The position numbers and the translations under genes were made by a program. Below, piece by piece: positions 1 to 15,992 of a stretch of DNA of 64,000 nt. Source of the stretch: the human T2T-CHM13v2.0 reference genome, Homo sapiens. Numbering within the stretch: the stretch's first letter is position 1; each line of letters starts with the position of its first letter. Location: the NCBI RefSeq assembly GCF_009914755.1, contig NC_060940.1; one strand, 5' to 3'. The notes below the pieces were generated by a model. That model saw only the letters and a list, made by a program, of their open reading frames with translations, was not told where the DNA came from and ran no database searches.

Positions 1-69
1 TTCCATGTGATTGCATTCAATGATGATTCCTTTAGATTGCATTCGATTGTGATTCATTTCGTCTTCATT

Positions 70-3000
70 CTATGGTTCCACAGGTTTCCTTTCGTGTCCA
101 TTCCATTATTCCATTCTATTCCATTTGATGATGATTCCATTCGATTCCATTCATTGGTGATTCCACTCAATTCCATTCAATGATTCCATTCCATTTCTTT
201 CAACAATGATTCCATTAGTTTCTAATCGATGATCCACTTGATTCCATTTGACGACGATTCCATTCTTGTCCATTCGATGGTTCCATTTGATTCCATATGA
301 TGATGATTCCATTCGATTCCATACGATGATGATTCCATTCGAGTCCATTCAATGGTGATTCCATTCAATTCCATTCGATGATTCCTTTCGATTCCATTCG
401 ATGATGATGGCATTCGATTCCTTTCAATCATTCCCTTTGATTCCATTCAAAGGTGATTTCATTCAAGTCCATTCGATAATTGCATTCGATTCCATTCTAT
501 GATGATTCCATTCGAGTCCATTTGATGATTCCATTCAATTCAAGTCAATGATGATTCCATTCGATTCCATTCGATGATTCCATTGGATTCCATTCGATGA
601 TGATTCCATTCAAATCCATTCGATAATTCAATTCAAGTCCATTCGATGATGATTAAAATCGAATCCATTCAAAGATTCCATTCAGTTCCATTCGATGATT
701 CCCTTAGATTCCATTCGATGATTCCACTTGATTTCATTTACGATGATTCCATTCGATTCCATGTGATGATTCCATTCAATTCTATTCAATGCTGTTTCCA
801 TTTGATTCCATTCGACCATGATTGCCTTTGATTCCATTCAATGACTCCATTCGGTTCCTTTTGATGATGATTCCGTTCGATTCCATTTCATTATTCCATT
901 TGATTCCATTGGATGAGTCCATTCGATTACATTCGATGATTATTCCATTCGAGTGCATTAGATGATTCCATTCGAGTCCATTCGATGATTCCATTCGATT
1001 CCATTCGATGTTGATTCTGTTCAAATCCATTCGATGATTCCACTCGATTCCATTCGATGACTCCAGTTGATCCCATTCGATGATTTCCTTTGATTCCCTT
1101 TGATGATCATTCCATTTGATTCAATTCGGTGATTTCATTTGATTCCATTCAGTGATGTTTCCATTCGACTCCATTCGATGATGATTCCATTCGACTCCAT
1201 TCGATTATGATTTCATTCAATTCCATTCGATAATGATTCCCTTCGAGTCCATTCGATGATTCCATTCGATTCCATTCAACGATGATTTGATTCGTGTCCA
1301 TTCGATGATTCCATTTGATTCCACTTGATGATGATTCCATTCGAGTCCATTTGATGATTCCATTCAATTCCATTCTCCGATGATTTCTTTTGAGCCCACT
1401 CAATGCTTCCACTCGATTCCATATGATGATGACTCCATTCGATGAAATTCGATGATGATTCCATTCGCTTGCATTCGATGATGATTCCACTTGAGTCCAT
1501 TAGAAGATTCTATTCAATTACATTCCATGACGATTCCGTTCGAGTCCATTTGATGATTCCATTAGACTCCATTCGACGATGATTCCATTCGATGTTATTC
1601 GATGATTCCATTCGATCTCATTCGATGATGATTCCATTCAACTCCATTCGATGTTTCCATTCGAGTTCATTCTATTATTCCATTAGATTCCATTCGATGA
1701 TGATTCCATTCGATTCCATTTGATGATTGCATTCTATTTCATTTGATGATGATTCCATTCGAGTCCACTCGATGATTCCATTCGAGTCCATTTAATGAAT
1801 CCATTGGTTTCAATTCTATGATGATTACATTGGATTCCATTCGTTGATGATTTCATTCGGTTCCATTCAATGATGATTCCATTCAATTCCTTTCAATGTT
1901 TCCATTCAATTCCATACGATGATGATTCCATTTGATTTGATTCGACAGTGAGCCATTCGATTCAATTCCATGATGATTCTATTTGATTCCATTGGTTGAC
2001 ATTTCCATTCGATTCCATTCGATGATGATTCCCTTTGATTCCATTCAAAGATGATTCCATTCTAGCCCATTCAATCATTCCATTCGATTCTATTCAATGA
2101 TGATTCCATTCATGTCGATTAGGTGATTCCATTTGACTTCATTTGATGATGATTCCTTTCAAGTTCATTAGATGATTCCATTCGATTCCATTTGATGATG
2201 ATCCCATTCGAGTCCATTCAGTGATTCCACTCGTTTCCATTCCATGATGATTCCATTCCATTCCATTCAATGATTCCATTCGATTCCGTTTGATGATGAT
2301 TTCATTCGAGTCCATTTGATGATTCCATTTGATTCCATTCGATGATGATTCCATTCGAGTCCATTCGATGATTCTATTCGAATCCATTTGATGATTTCTT
2401 TTGATTATAGTTGGTGATGATTCCATTGGAGTCCATTCAATGATTCCATTTGATTCCAGTCTCTGATGATTACATTCGAGTCCATACGATGATTCCACTC
2501 AATTCCATATGATGATGATTCCATTCGATTCCATTCGGTGATTCCATTCTATTCTATTCAATGGTGATTCCATTCGAGTACATTAGATGATTCCATTCGA
2601 TTCCATTCAATGATGATTCTATTTGTGTCCCTTAGATGATTCCACATGATTCCATTAGATGATGATACTATTTGAGCCCATCCAATGATACCCTTCGATA
2701 TCATTCGATGAGGATTCCATTCGATTCAATTCATTGGTGATTCTATTCAATTCAATTCTTTGATTCCATTCCATTCCATTCGACAATGATTCCATTCGAT
2801 TTCTTTCGATGATTCCACTCGATTCCACTTGACATTGATTCCCTTCGATTCCATTCAATGATTCCATTTGATTCCAGTGGATGATGATTGCCATCGATTC
2901 CATTCGATCACTCCATTCTATTCCATTTGATGATGATTACATTCGATTCCATTTGACGATTCCATCTGATTCTATTCGAGGATTCCATTTGATTCCATTC

Positions 3001-6000
3001 GATGATGATTCCATTCGAGTCCATTCGATGATTTCATTCGAGTACATCCAATGATTCCATTCGAGTCCATTTGATGATTCCATTTGATTCCATTTGATAA
3101 TGATTCTACTAGAGTCCATTCAATGACTCCATTCGAGTCCATTCAACAATTCCATTCGACTCCATTTGATGATTCCATTGGATTCCATTTGATGATTCCA
3201 TTCGAGTCCATTTAATCATTACAGTCGAGTCCATTTGGTGATTCCACCGGATTTCTTTTGATAATGATACCATTCAATTACATTTGATGATGATCCCATT
3301 CAATTTCATTTGATGATGATTCCATTAGAGTCCATTCGATGATTTCATTCGAGTCCCTTCATTGATTCCATCCGATTTCATTGGATGATGACTCCATTCG
3401 AGTCCATTCGATGATTCCACTCGATTCCATTAGATGATTCCATTGGAGTCCATTTGATTGTTCCATTCGATTCCATTCGATTCCTTTCGAAGATTATTCC
3501 ATTTGAGTCCATTCGATGATGATTCCATTCCATTCCATTCGATGATTCCGTTTGATTCCATTCGATGATTCCCTTCGATTCCTTTCTTTGATGATTCCAT
3601 TCCATTCCATTCAATGATTCCATTCGAATCTATTCCATGATGATTCCTTTCGATTCCATTCGCTGATGTTTCCGTTCAATTCCATTCGATGATGATTCCA
3701 TTCGATTCCATTCATTGAGGATTCCATTTGATTCCATTCAATGATGATTCCGTTCTATTCCATTCAATGATTGCATTCAATTCCATTCAATGATTATCCC
3801 CTTAGAGTAAACTCAACGATTCCATTCAATACCATTCGATGATGATTCCTTTTGAGTCCATTCAATGATTTCATTCAAGTCCATTTGATGATTCCTTTCA
3901 ATTCCATTCTATGATGATTCCATTCGAGTCCATTCGATGATTCCATTCGATTGCATTCGATTATTCCATTATATTCCAGTCAACGATGATTCCATTCGAG
4001 TCCATTCGATGATTCCATTAGAGTACATTTAATGATTGCTTTGTTTTCAATTCGAAGATGATTACATTGGATTCCATTCTATGATACCATTCGATTCCAT
4101 TCAATGATGATTCCACTCAAATCCATTGGATGATTCCATTCGTGTCCATTCGGTGATTTCATTAGATTCCATTCGAGGATGATTCCATTCGATTCCATTC
4201 GATGATTCCATTCAATTCCATTCGAGGATGATTCCATTCCAGTCCATATGATCATTCCATTTGATTTCATTCGATGATGATTCCATTCGATTCCATTCGA
4301 TGATTCCATTCTATTCCATTCGATGATGATTCCATTCGAGTCCATTCGATGATTCCATTCGAGTCCATTTAATGATTCCATTGGGTTCAATTCAATGATG
4401 ATTACATTGGATTCCGTTCTATGATTCCATTCAATTCCGTTCATTGACAATTTGATTCCATTCGATGATGATTCCATTTGAGTTCATTCGATGATTCTAT
4501 TCGATTCTCTTCGATGGTGATTCAATTCTATTATATTGGATGATTCCATTCGATTCCATTTGATGTTGATTCAATTCGATTCTATTCGATGATGATTCCA
4601 TTGGATTTCACTTGATGATTCTATTCGATTCCATTCAATGATGATTCACTTCTCGTCCATTGGATGATTCCATTTCATTCCATTCGATGATGATTCCATT
4701 CGATTCCATTCGATGATTCCATTTGATTCCATGCGACGGTGAGCAATTCGATTCAATTCCATGATGATTCTATTTGATTCAATTAGATGATGTTTCCATT
4801 CGAATCCATTCCATGATTATTCCATTGGAATCCATTTGGCGATGATTCCATATGAGTCAATTCAATGATGATTCCATATGGGTCCGTTCGATGATAATTC
4901 CATTTGATTTCATTCGATGCTTCTATTCTATTCCAGTCGATGATGATTCCGTTGGAGTCCATACGATGATTCCATTTGATTTCATTTGATGATGATTCCA
5001 TTCGATGATGATTACATTGGATTCCATTCTATGATTCCATTCAATTCCATTCGTTGATGATTCGATTCCATTCAATGATGATTCCATTTGAGTTCATTCG
5101 ATGATTCTATTCGATTCCGTTCGATGGTGATTCAATTCTATTATATTGGATGATTCCACTCGATTCCATTTGATGATTATTCCATTGGAGTCCACTTAGT
5201 GAATCCTTTAGATTCTACTCGAAGATGATTCCATTCGAGTCCATTCAATGATACCATTCAATTTCATTCATTGATGCTTCCATTCAAGTGCATTCAATGA
5301 TATCATTCGATTCCATTTGATGATAATTCCATTTGATTCCATGCGATGATTCTATTCGATTCCATTCAATGATAATTCCATTCAATTCAGTGATTCCTCT
5401 GGACTCCATTTGATGATGATTCCATTCAATGATTCCATTCGATTCTATTCCAAAATGATTCCATTTGAATCCATTTGATGATGATTCCATTAGATTCCAT
5501 TTGATGATTCCATTCAATTGCATTTGACGATGATTCCATTCGATTCCATTTGATGATTCCATTCTATTCTATTCTATGATGATTCCATTCGATTCCATTT
5601 GATGATGATTGGATTCGATTCCATTTGATGATTTCATTTGATTCCATTCGTTAATGATTTCGATCAACTCCATTCGATGATTCCATTTGATTCCATTCGA
5701 TAATGATTACATCCGAGTCCATTCGATGATTCCATTTGAGCCCGTTCGATAATTCCATTTGAGTCCAATCAATGATTCCATACATTTCCATTCAATGATT
5801 CCATTCGAGTCCATTTGATCATTCTGGTAGGGTCCGTTCGATGTTGATTCCATTGGAGTGCATTCGATGATTCCATTCGAGTCCATTTTATGATTTGATT
5901 CGAGTCCTTTCGATGATTCCATTCGATTCCACTCGATGATGATTTCATTCGAGTCCATTCGACACTTCCAATCGATTCCATTTGATGTTTCCATTCGAGT

Positions 6001-6132
6001 CCAATTGATGATTCCATTCAATTGCATTCGATGATGATTCCGTACGACTCCATTCTGTGATGATTCCATGTGATTGCATTCAATGATGATTCCTTTCGAC
6101 TGCATTCGATTATGATTCATTTCGTGTTCATT
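70..6132 (+). repeat. Unit U1, long type (6063 bp = 6112-bp unit minus a 49-bp deletion)
   Basis: Landmark CTATGGTTCCAC at 70 and 6133. Colinear with U4 at offset 15923, shifting to 15972 after ~2450 (ORF pairs 782/16705, 2139/18062, 2655/18627, 5284/21256). Confidence 0.9.
4775..4785 (-). promoter_or_regulatory. Candidate DUX4-type double-homeodomain motif TAATTGAATCA (one representative; other copies listed in findings)
   Basis: Seen: TGATTCAATTA on +. Knowledge: fits the TAAYYBAATCA consensus, and DUX4 is reported to bind and activate HSATII. Binding at this site is untested. Confidence 0.3.
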
Positions 6133-9100
6133 CTATGGTTCCACAGGTTTCCATTCGATGACGTTTCCGTTCGTGTCCATTCCATTATTCCATTCTATTC
6201 CATTTGAAGATGATTCCATTCGATTCCATTCATTGGTGATTCCACTCAATTCCATTCAATGATTCCATTCCATTTCTTTCAACAATGATTCCATTAGTTT
6301 CTATTCGATGATCCACTTGATTCCATTTGGCGATGATTCCATTCGTGTCCATTCGATGATTCCATTTGATTCCATATGATGATGATTCCATTCGATTCCA
6401 TACCATGATGATTCCATTCGAGTCCATTCAATGGTGATTCCATTCAATTCCATTCGATGATTCCTTCCGATTCCATTCGATGATGATGGCATTCGATTCC
6501 TTTCAATCATTCCCTTTGATTCCATTCAAAGGTGATTTCATTCAAGTCCATTCGATAATTGCATTCGATTCCATTCTATGATGATTCCATTCGAGTCCAT
6601 TTGATGATTCCATTCAATTCAAGTCAATGATGATTCCATTCGATTCCACTCGATGATTCCATTGGATTCCATTCGATGATGATTCCATTCAAATCCATTC
6701 GATAATTCAATTCAAGTCCATTCGATGATGATTCCAATCGAATCCATTCAAAGATTCCATTCAATTCCATTCGATGATGATTCCCTTAGATTCCATTCGA
6801 TGATTCCACTTGATTCCATTTACGATGATTCCATTCGATTCCATGTGATGAATCCATTCAGTTCTATTCAATGATGTTTCCATTTGATTCCATTGGACCA
6901 TGATTGCCTTTGATTCCATTCAATGATTCCATTCGGTTCCATTTGATGATGATTCCGTTCGATTCCATTTCATTATTCCATTTGATTCCATTGGATGAGT
7001 CCATTAGATTACATTCGATGATTATTCCATTCGAGTGCATTAGATGATTGCATTCGAGTCCATTCGATGATTCCATTCGATTCCATTCGATGTTGATTCT
7101 GTTCAAATCCATTCGATGATTCCACTCGATTCCATTCGATGACTCCATTTGATCCCATTCGATGATTTCCTGTGATTCCCTTTGATGATCATTCTATTTG
7201 ATTCAATTCGGTGATTTCATTTCATTCCATTCAGTGATGTTTCCATTCGACTGTATTCGATGATGATTCCATTCGACTCCATTCGATTATGATTTCATTC
7301 AATTCCATTCAATAATGATTCCCTTCGAGTCCATTCGATGATTCCATTCGATTCCATTCAACGATGATTTGATTCGTTTCCATTCGATGATTCCATTTGA
7401 TTCCACTTGATGATGATTCCATTCGAGTCCATTTGATGATTCCATTCGAGTCTATTTATGTATTATATTCGTGTCCACTTCATGATTCCATTCAATTCCA
7501 TTTAATGTTGATTCCATTTGATTCCATTTGATGATTCAGTTCGATTCCTTGCAATGATTCCCTACGATTCCTTTCTATGATGATTCCATTCGATTCCATT
7601 CATTGATGATTTCATTCGACTCCATTCGATGATGATTCCTTTCGATTCCATTTGACGATGTTTCCATTCGAGTCCATTCGATGATGATTCTATTCAATTC
7701 TGTTCTATTATGATTCCATTCGATTTCATTCAATGCTTCTATTTGATTCCATTCGATGATGATTCCATCTCTTTCCCTTCGATGATTCCATTTGATTCCA
7801 TTCAGTGATGATTCCATTTGATTCCATCTGATGATGATTTCACTTGATTCCTTTCAATGATGATTCAATTCAAGTCCATTCTATGATTCCATTGGAGTCC
7901 AAACGATCATTCCGTTCGATTCCATTCAATGGTGATTCCATTCATGTCCATTCGATGAATCCATTCAATTCCATTCGATGATGACTCCATTCGAGTACAT
8001 TCGATGATTCCATTTGATTCCATTTGAAGATGATTCCATTCAATTCCATTCGAAGATGATTCCATTCAATTCCATTCGATGATGATTCCGTATGAATCCA
8101 TTCTCTGATTATTCCATTCGATTCCATTCATTGACGATTCCATTCAATTCCATTCAATGATGATTCTCTTCTATTCCATTCGATGATTCCGGTCGATTCC
8201 ATTCGATGATGATTCCATTAGATTCCATTCGATTGTTGCATTCGATTCCCTTCGATGATGATTCCTTTGAATTCCATTCGATTATCATTCCGTATGAATC
8301 CATTTGATGATTATTCCATTGGATTCCTTTCGATGATGATTCCATTCGATTCCATTTGATGATGTTTCTCTTGTATTCCATTGGATAATTCCTTTCAGTT
8401 CCCTTCGATGATTATTCTTTCGAGTCAATTCGATGATTCTATTCCATTCCCTTCGATGATGATTCCATTTCACTCCATTTGATGATTCCATTCGACTCAA
8501 TTTGGTGATGATTCAATTCGATGACATTCGATGACTCCATTCAATTTCATTTGATGATGATTACATTCGAGTCCATTTGATGATTGTATTCCTTTCCTTT
8601 TGATGATTATTCCATTCGTGTCTATTCAAAGGTTCCATTCTATTCCATTCAATGATGATTGCATTTGATTCCATTCAATGATTATGGCTATCGATTCCAC
8701 TCGTTGATTCCATTTGATTCCGTTCGATGATTATTCCGTTAGATTCCATTAGAAGATTCCATTCGATTTTATTCAATGATTCCAATGGATTCCATTCAAT
8801 GATGATTCCATTCGACACCATTCAGTGATTCCATTCGAGTCCATTTGATGATTCCATTCTTTTGCATTTGATGATGATTCCATTAGGGTCCATTCAATTA
8901 TTCCATTCGAGTCCATTCGTTAATGCCTTTCGAGTCCTTTTGATCACTACATTCGAGTCCATTCAATGATTCTATTCGATTCCATTCCATGATGATTCCA
9001 TTCGAGTTCATTCGATGATTGCATTCGAGTCCATTTGATGATTCCATATGATTCCCTTCGACAATGATTCCATTCGTGTCCATTTGACGATTCCATTCAT

Positions 9101-10259
9101 TTCCTATCGATGAAGATTCCATTCAAGTGTATTCGATGATTCCATTCAAATCCATTCGATGATGATTCCATTCCAGTCCATTCGATCATTCCACTTGATT
9201 CCATTTGATGACTATTCCATTCAAATCCATTTGATGATTCCATTCGATTCCATTCGATGTTACCATTCGAGTATACACGATGATTCCACTCGATTCCATT
9301 TGATGATTATTCCATTGGAGTCCACTTAGTGAATCCTTTAGATTCTACTCGAAGATGATTCCATTCGAGTCCATTCCATGATACCATTCAATTCCATTCG
9401 TTGATGCTTCCATTCAAGTACATTCGATGATATCATTCGATTCCATTTGATGATAATTCCATTTGATTCCATGCGATGATTCTATTCGATTCCATTCAAT
9501 GATAATTCCATTCAATTCAGTGATTCCTCTGGACTCCATTTGATGATGATTCCATTCAATGATTCCATTCGATTCTATTCGAAAATGATTCCATTTGAAT
9601 CCATTTGATGATGATTCCATTGGATTCCATTTGATGATTCCATTCGATTCCATTCGATGATGATTCCATTCGATTCCTTTTGATGATTCCATTCTATTGT
9701 ATTCGATGATGATTCCATTCGATTCCATTCGATGATGATTGGATTCGATTCCATTTGATGATTTCATTTGATTCCATTCGATAATGATTTCGATCAATTC
9801 CATTCGATGATTCCATTCGATTCCATTCGATAGTGATTACATCCGAGTCCATTCGATGATTCCATTTGAGCCCGTTCGATAATTCCATTTGAGTCCAATC
9901 AATGATTCCATTCATTTCCATTCAATGATTCCATTCGAGTCCATTTGATCATTCCGGTAGGGTCCGTTCGATGTTGATTCCATTGGAGTGCATTCGATGA
10001 TTCCATTCGAGTCCATTTTAGGATTTGATTTGAGTCCTTTCGATGATTCCATTCGATTCCACTCGATGATTTCATTCGAGTCCATTCGACACTTCCAATC
10101 GATTCCATTTGATGTTTCCATTCGATTCCAATTGATGATTCCATTCAATTCCATTCGATGATGATTCCGTACGATTCCATTCTGTGATGATTCCATGTGA
10201 TTGCATTCAATGATGATTCCTTTCGATTGCATTCGATTATGATTCATTTCGTGTTCATT
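6133..10259 (+). repeat. Unit U2, short type (4127 bp): shared head, T module (~7440-9280), shared tail
   Basis: The head matches U1 up to ~7440, then switches to GAGTCTATTTATGTATTATATTCG..., which is absent from the long units. It rejoins the shared tail at GGAGTCCACTTAGTGAATCC (~9317). Confidence 0.88.
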
Positions 10260-13200
10260 CTATGGTTCCACAGGTTTCCATTCGATGATGTTTCCATTCG
10301 TGTCCATTCCATTATTCCATTCTATTCCATTTGAAGATGATTCCATTCGATTCCATTCATTGGTGATTCCACTCAATTCCATTCAATGATTCCATTCCAT
10401 TTCTTTCAACAATGATTCCATTAGTTTCTATTCGATGATCCACTTGATTCCATTTGACGATGATTCCATTCGTGTCCATTCGATGATTCCATTTGATTCC
10501 ATATGATGATGATTCCATTCGATTCCATACGATGATGATTCCATTCGAGTCCATTCAATGGTGATTCCATTCAATTCCATTCGATGATTCCTTTCGATTC
10601 CATTCAATGATGATGGCATTCAATTCCTTTCGATCATTCCCTTTGATTCCATTCAAAGGTGATTTCATTCAAGTCCATTCGATAATTGCATTCGATTCCA
10701 TTCTGTGATGATTCCATTCGAGTCCATTTGATGATTCCATTCAATTGAAGTCAATGATGATTCCATTCGATTCCACTCGATGATTCCATTGGATTCCATT
10801 CGATGATGATTCCATTCAAATCCATTCGATAATTCAATTCAAGTCCATTCGATGATGATTCCAATCGAATCCATTCAAAGATTCCACTCAATTCCATTCG
10901 ATGATGATTCCCTTAGATTCCATTTGATGATTCCACTTGATTCCATTTACGATGATTCCATTCGATTCCATGTGATGATTCCATTCAATTCTATTCAATG
11001 ATGTTTCCACTTGATTCCATTCGAACATGATTGCCTTTGATTCCATTCAATGATTCCATACGGTTCCATTTGATGATGATTCCATTCGAGTGCATTAGAT
11101 GATTCCATTCGAGTCCATTCGATGATTCCATTCGATTCCATTCGATGTTGATTCTGTTCAAATCCATTCGATGATTCCACTCGATTCCATTCGATGACTC
11201 CATTTGATCCCATTCGATGATTTCCTTTGATTCCCTTTGATGATCATTCCATTTGATTCAATTCGGTGATTTCTTTTGATTCCATTCAGTGATGTTTCCA
11301 TTCAACTCCTTTCGATGATGATTCCATTCGACTCCATTCGATTATGATTTCATTCAATTCCATTCGATAATGATTCCCTTCAAGTCCATTCGATGCTTCC
11401 ATTCGATTCCATTCAACGATGATTTGATTCGTGTCCATTCGATGATTCCATTTGATTCCATTTGATGATGATTCCATTCGAGTCCCTTTGATGATTCCAT
11501 TCAATTCCATTCTCCGATGATTTCTTTTGAGCCCATTCAATGCTTCCACTCGATTCCATATGATGATGACTCCATTTGATGAAATTCCATGATGATTCCA
11601 TTCGCTTGCATTCGATGATGATTCCACTTGAGTCCGTTAGAAGATTCTATTCAATTACATTCCATGACGATTCTGTCCGAGTCCATTTGATGATTCCATT
11701 AGACTCCATTCGACGATGATTCCATTCGATGTTATTCGTTGATGATTCCATTCAACTCCATTCGAAGTTTCCATTCGAGTTCATTCTATTATTCCATTAG
11801 ATTCCATTCGATGATGATTCCATTCGATTCCATTTGATGATTGCATTCTATTTCATTTGATGATGATTCCATTCGAGTCCATTCGATGATTCCATTCGAG
11901 TCCATTTAATGAATCCATTGGTTTCAATTCTATGATGATTACATTGGATTCCATTCGTTGATGATTTCATTCGATTCCATTCAATGATGATTCCATTCAA
12001 TTCCATTCAATGATTCCATTCAATTCCATACGATGATGATTCCATTTGATTTGATTCGACAGTGAGCCATTCGATTCAATTCCATGATGATTCTATTTGA
12101 TTCAATTGGTTGACATTTCCATTCGATTCCATTCGATGATGATTCCATTTGATTCCATTCAAAGATGATTCCATTCTAGCCCATTCAATCATTCCATTCG
12201 ATTCTATTCAATGATGATTCCATTCATGTCGATTTGGTGATTCCATTTGACTTCATTTGATGATGATTCCTTTCAAGTTCATTAGATGATTCCATTCGAT
12301 TCCATTCGATGATTCCATTCTATTCTATTCAATGGTGATTCCATTCGAGTACATTAGATGATTCCATTCGATTCCATTCAATGATGATTCTATTTGTGTC
12401 CCTTAGATGGTTCCACATGATTCCATTTCATGATGATACTATTTGAGCCCATCCAATGATTCCCTTCGATTCCATTCGATGAGGATTCCATTCGATTCAA
12501 TTCATTGGTGATTCTATTCAATTCAATTCTTTGATTCCATTCCATTCCATTCGACAATGATTCCATTCGATTTCTTTCGATGATTCCACTCGATTCCACT
12601 TGACATTGATTCCATTCGATTCCATTCAATGATTCCGTTTGATTCCAGTGGATGATGATTGCCGTCGATTCCATTCGATCACTCCATTCTATTCCATTTG
12701 ATGATGATTACATTCGATTCCATTTGATGATTCCATCTGATTCTATTCGAGGATTCCATTTGATTCCATTCGATGATGATTCCATTCGAGTGCATTCGAT
12801 GATTTCATTCGAGTACATCCAATGATTCCATTCGAGTCCATTTGATGATTCCATTTGATTCCATTTGATTATGATTCTACTAGAGTCCATTCAATGACTC
12901 CATTCGAATCCATTCAACAATTCCATTCGAGGCCATTCGATGATTCCATTTCATGATTCCATTCGAGTCCATTTAATCATTACAGTCGAGTCCATTTGGT
13001 GATTCCACTGGATTTCTTTTGATAATGATACCATTCAATTACATTTGATGATGATCCCATTCAATTTCATTTGATGGTGATTCCATTAGAGTCCATTCGA
13101 TGATTTCATTCGAGTCCCTTCATTGATTCCATCCGATTTCATTTGATGATGACTCCATTCGAGTCCATTCGATGATTCCACTCGATTCCTTTAGATGATT

Positions 13201-15992
13201 TCATTGGAGTCCATTTGATTGTTCCATTCGATTCTATTCGATTCCTTTCGAAGATTATTCCGTTTGAGTCCATTCGATGATGATTCCATTCCATTCCATT
13301 CGATGATTCCGTTTGATTCCATTCGATGATTCCCTTCGATTCCTTTCTTTGATGATTCCATTCCATTCCATTCAATGATTCCATTCGAATCTATTCCATG
13401 ATGATTCCTTTCGATTCCATTCGCTGATGTTTCCGTTCAATTCCATTCGATGATGATTCCATTCGATTCCATTCATTGAGGATTCCATTTGATTCCATTC
13501 AATGATGATTCCATTCTATTCCATTCAATGATTGCATTCAATTCCATTCAATGATTATCCCATTAGAGTAAACTCAACGATTCCATTCAATACCATTCGA
13601 TGATGATTCCTTTTGAGTCCATTCAATGATTTCATTCAAGTCCATTTGATGATTCCTTTCAATTCCATTCTATGATGATTCCATTCGAGTCCATTCGATG
13701 ATTCCATTCGATTGCATTCGATGATTCCATTATATTCCATTCAACAATGATTCCATTCGAGTCCATTCGATGATTCCATTAGAGTACATTTAATGATTGC
13801 TTTGTTTTCAATTCGAAGATGATTACATTGGATTCCATTCTATGATACCATTCGATTCCATTCAATGATGATTCCACTCAAATCCATTGGATGATTCCAT
13901 TCGTGTCCATTCGGTGATTTCCTTAGATTCCATTCGAGGATGATTCCATTCGATTCCATTCGATGATTCCATTCAATTCCCTTCGATGATGATTCCATTC
14001 CAGTCCATATGATCATTCCATTTGATTTCATTCGATGGATGATTCCATTCGATTCCATTCGATGATTCCATTCTATTCCATTCGATGATGATTCCATTCG
14101 AGTCCATTCGATGATTCCATTCGAGTCCATTTAATGATTCCATTGGGTTCAATTCAATGATGATTACATTGGATTCCGTTCTATGATTCCATTCAATTCC
14201 GTTCATTGACAATTTGATTCCATTCGATGATGATTCCATTTGAGTTCATTCGATGATTCTATTTGATTCTCTTCGATGGTGATTCAATTCTATTATATTG
14301 GATGATTCCATTCGATTCCATTTGATGTTGATTCAATTCGTTTCTATTTGATGATGATTCCATTGGATTTCACTTGATGATTCTATTCGATTCCATTCAA
14401 TGATGATTCACTTCTCGTCCATTGGATGATTCCATTTCATTCCATTCGATGATGATTCCATTCGATTCCATTCGATGATTCCATTTGATTCCATGCGTCG
14501 GTGAGCAATTCGATTCAATTCCATGATGATTCTATTTGATTCAATTAGATGATGTTTCCATTCGAATCCATTCCATGATTATTCCATTGGAATCCATTCG
14601 GCGATGATTCCATATGAGTCAATTCAATGATGATTCCATATGGGTCCGTTCGATGATAATTCCATTTGATTTCATTCGGTGCTTCTATTCAATTCCAGTC
14701 GATGATGATTCCGTTGGAGTCCATACGATGATTCCATTTGATTTCATTTGATGATGATTCCATTCGATGATGATTACATTGGATTCCATTCTATGATTCC
14801 ATTCAATTCCATTCGTTGATGATTCGATTCCATTCAATGATGATTCCATTTGAGTTCATTCGATGATTCTATTCGATTCCGTTCGATGGTGATTCAATTC
14901 TCTTATATTGGATGAATCCACTCGATTCCATTTGATGATTATTCCATTGGAGTCCACTTAGTGAATCCTTCAGATTCTACTCGAAGATGATTCCATTCAA
15001 GTCCATTCGATGATACCATTCAATTCCATTCGTTGATGCTTCCATTCAAGTGCATTCGATGATATCATTCGATTCCATTTGATGATAATTCCATTTGATT
15101 CCATGCGATGATTCTATTCGATTCCATTCAATGATAATTCCATTCAGTTCAGTGATTCCTCTGGACTCCATTTGATGATGATTCCATTCAATGATTCCAT
15201 TCGATTCTATTCGAAAGTGATTCCATTTGAATCCATTTGATGATGATTCCATTAGATTCCATTTGATGATTCCATTCGATTCCATGCGACGATGGTTCCA
15301 TTCGATTCCATGTGATGATTCCATTCTATTCTATTCGATGATGATTCCATTCGATTCCATTCGATGATGATTGGATTCGATTCCATTTGATGATATCATT
15401 TGATTCCATTCGTTAATGATTTCGATCAATTCCATTCGATGATTCCATTCGATTCCATTCGATGATGATTGGGTTTGATTCCATTTGATGATTTCATTTG
15501 ATTCCATTCGTTAATGATTTCGATCAGTTCCATTCGATGATTCCATTCGATTCCATTCGATAATGATTACATCCGTGTCCATTCAATGATTCCATTTGAG
15601 ACTGTTCGATAATTCCATTTGAGTCCAACCAATGATTCCATTCATTTCCATTGAATGATTCCATTCGAGTCCATTTGATCATTCCGGTAGGGTCCATTCG
15701 ATGTTCATTCCATTGGAGTGCATTCGATGATTCCATTCGAGTCCATTTTAGGATTTGATTCGAGTCCTTTCGATGATTCCATTCGATTCCACTCGATGAT
15801 GATTTCATTCGAGTCCATTCGACACTTCCAATCGATTCCATTTGATGTTTCCATTCGAGTCCAATTGATGATTCCATTCAATTCCATTCGATGATGATTC
15901 CGTACGATTCCATTCTGTGATGATTCCATGTGATTGCATTCAATGATGATTCCTTTAAATTGCATTCGATTGTGATTCATTTCGTCTTCATT
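10260..15992 (+). repeat. Unit U3, long type with multiple indels (5733 bp)
   Basis: Same module order as U1/U4. Deletions of 72 bp (~11075), 23 bp (~11735), 392 bp (~12300) and 10 bp (~12950), and a 98-bp duplication (~15350-15560). Confidence 0.87.
15345..15560 (+). repeat. Local 98-bp tandem duplication (2 x 49 bp)
   Basis: CGTTAATGATTTCGATCA occurs twice (TTCGATC at 15421 and 15519), whereas the equivalent position in U1 and U4 has one copy. Confidence 0.85.

Noticed and set aside
646-831. Plus-strand 61-aa ORF, repeated at 16569-16754
   Set aside because: A chance open frame in satellite DNA. It recurs only because the unit is duplicated and is not retained in the other copies.
4870-4890. 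Short palindromes (CCATATGG, CGTACG, TCGA) as hairpins or terminators
   Set aside because: Too short, and expected from point mutation of the monomer. They are useful only as restriction landmarks.
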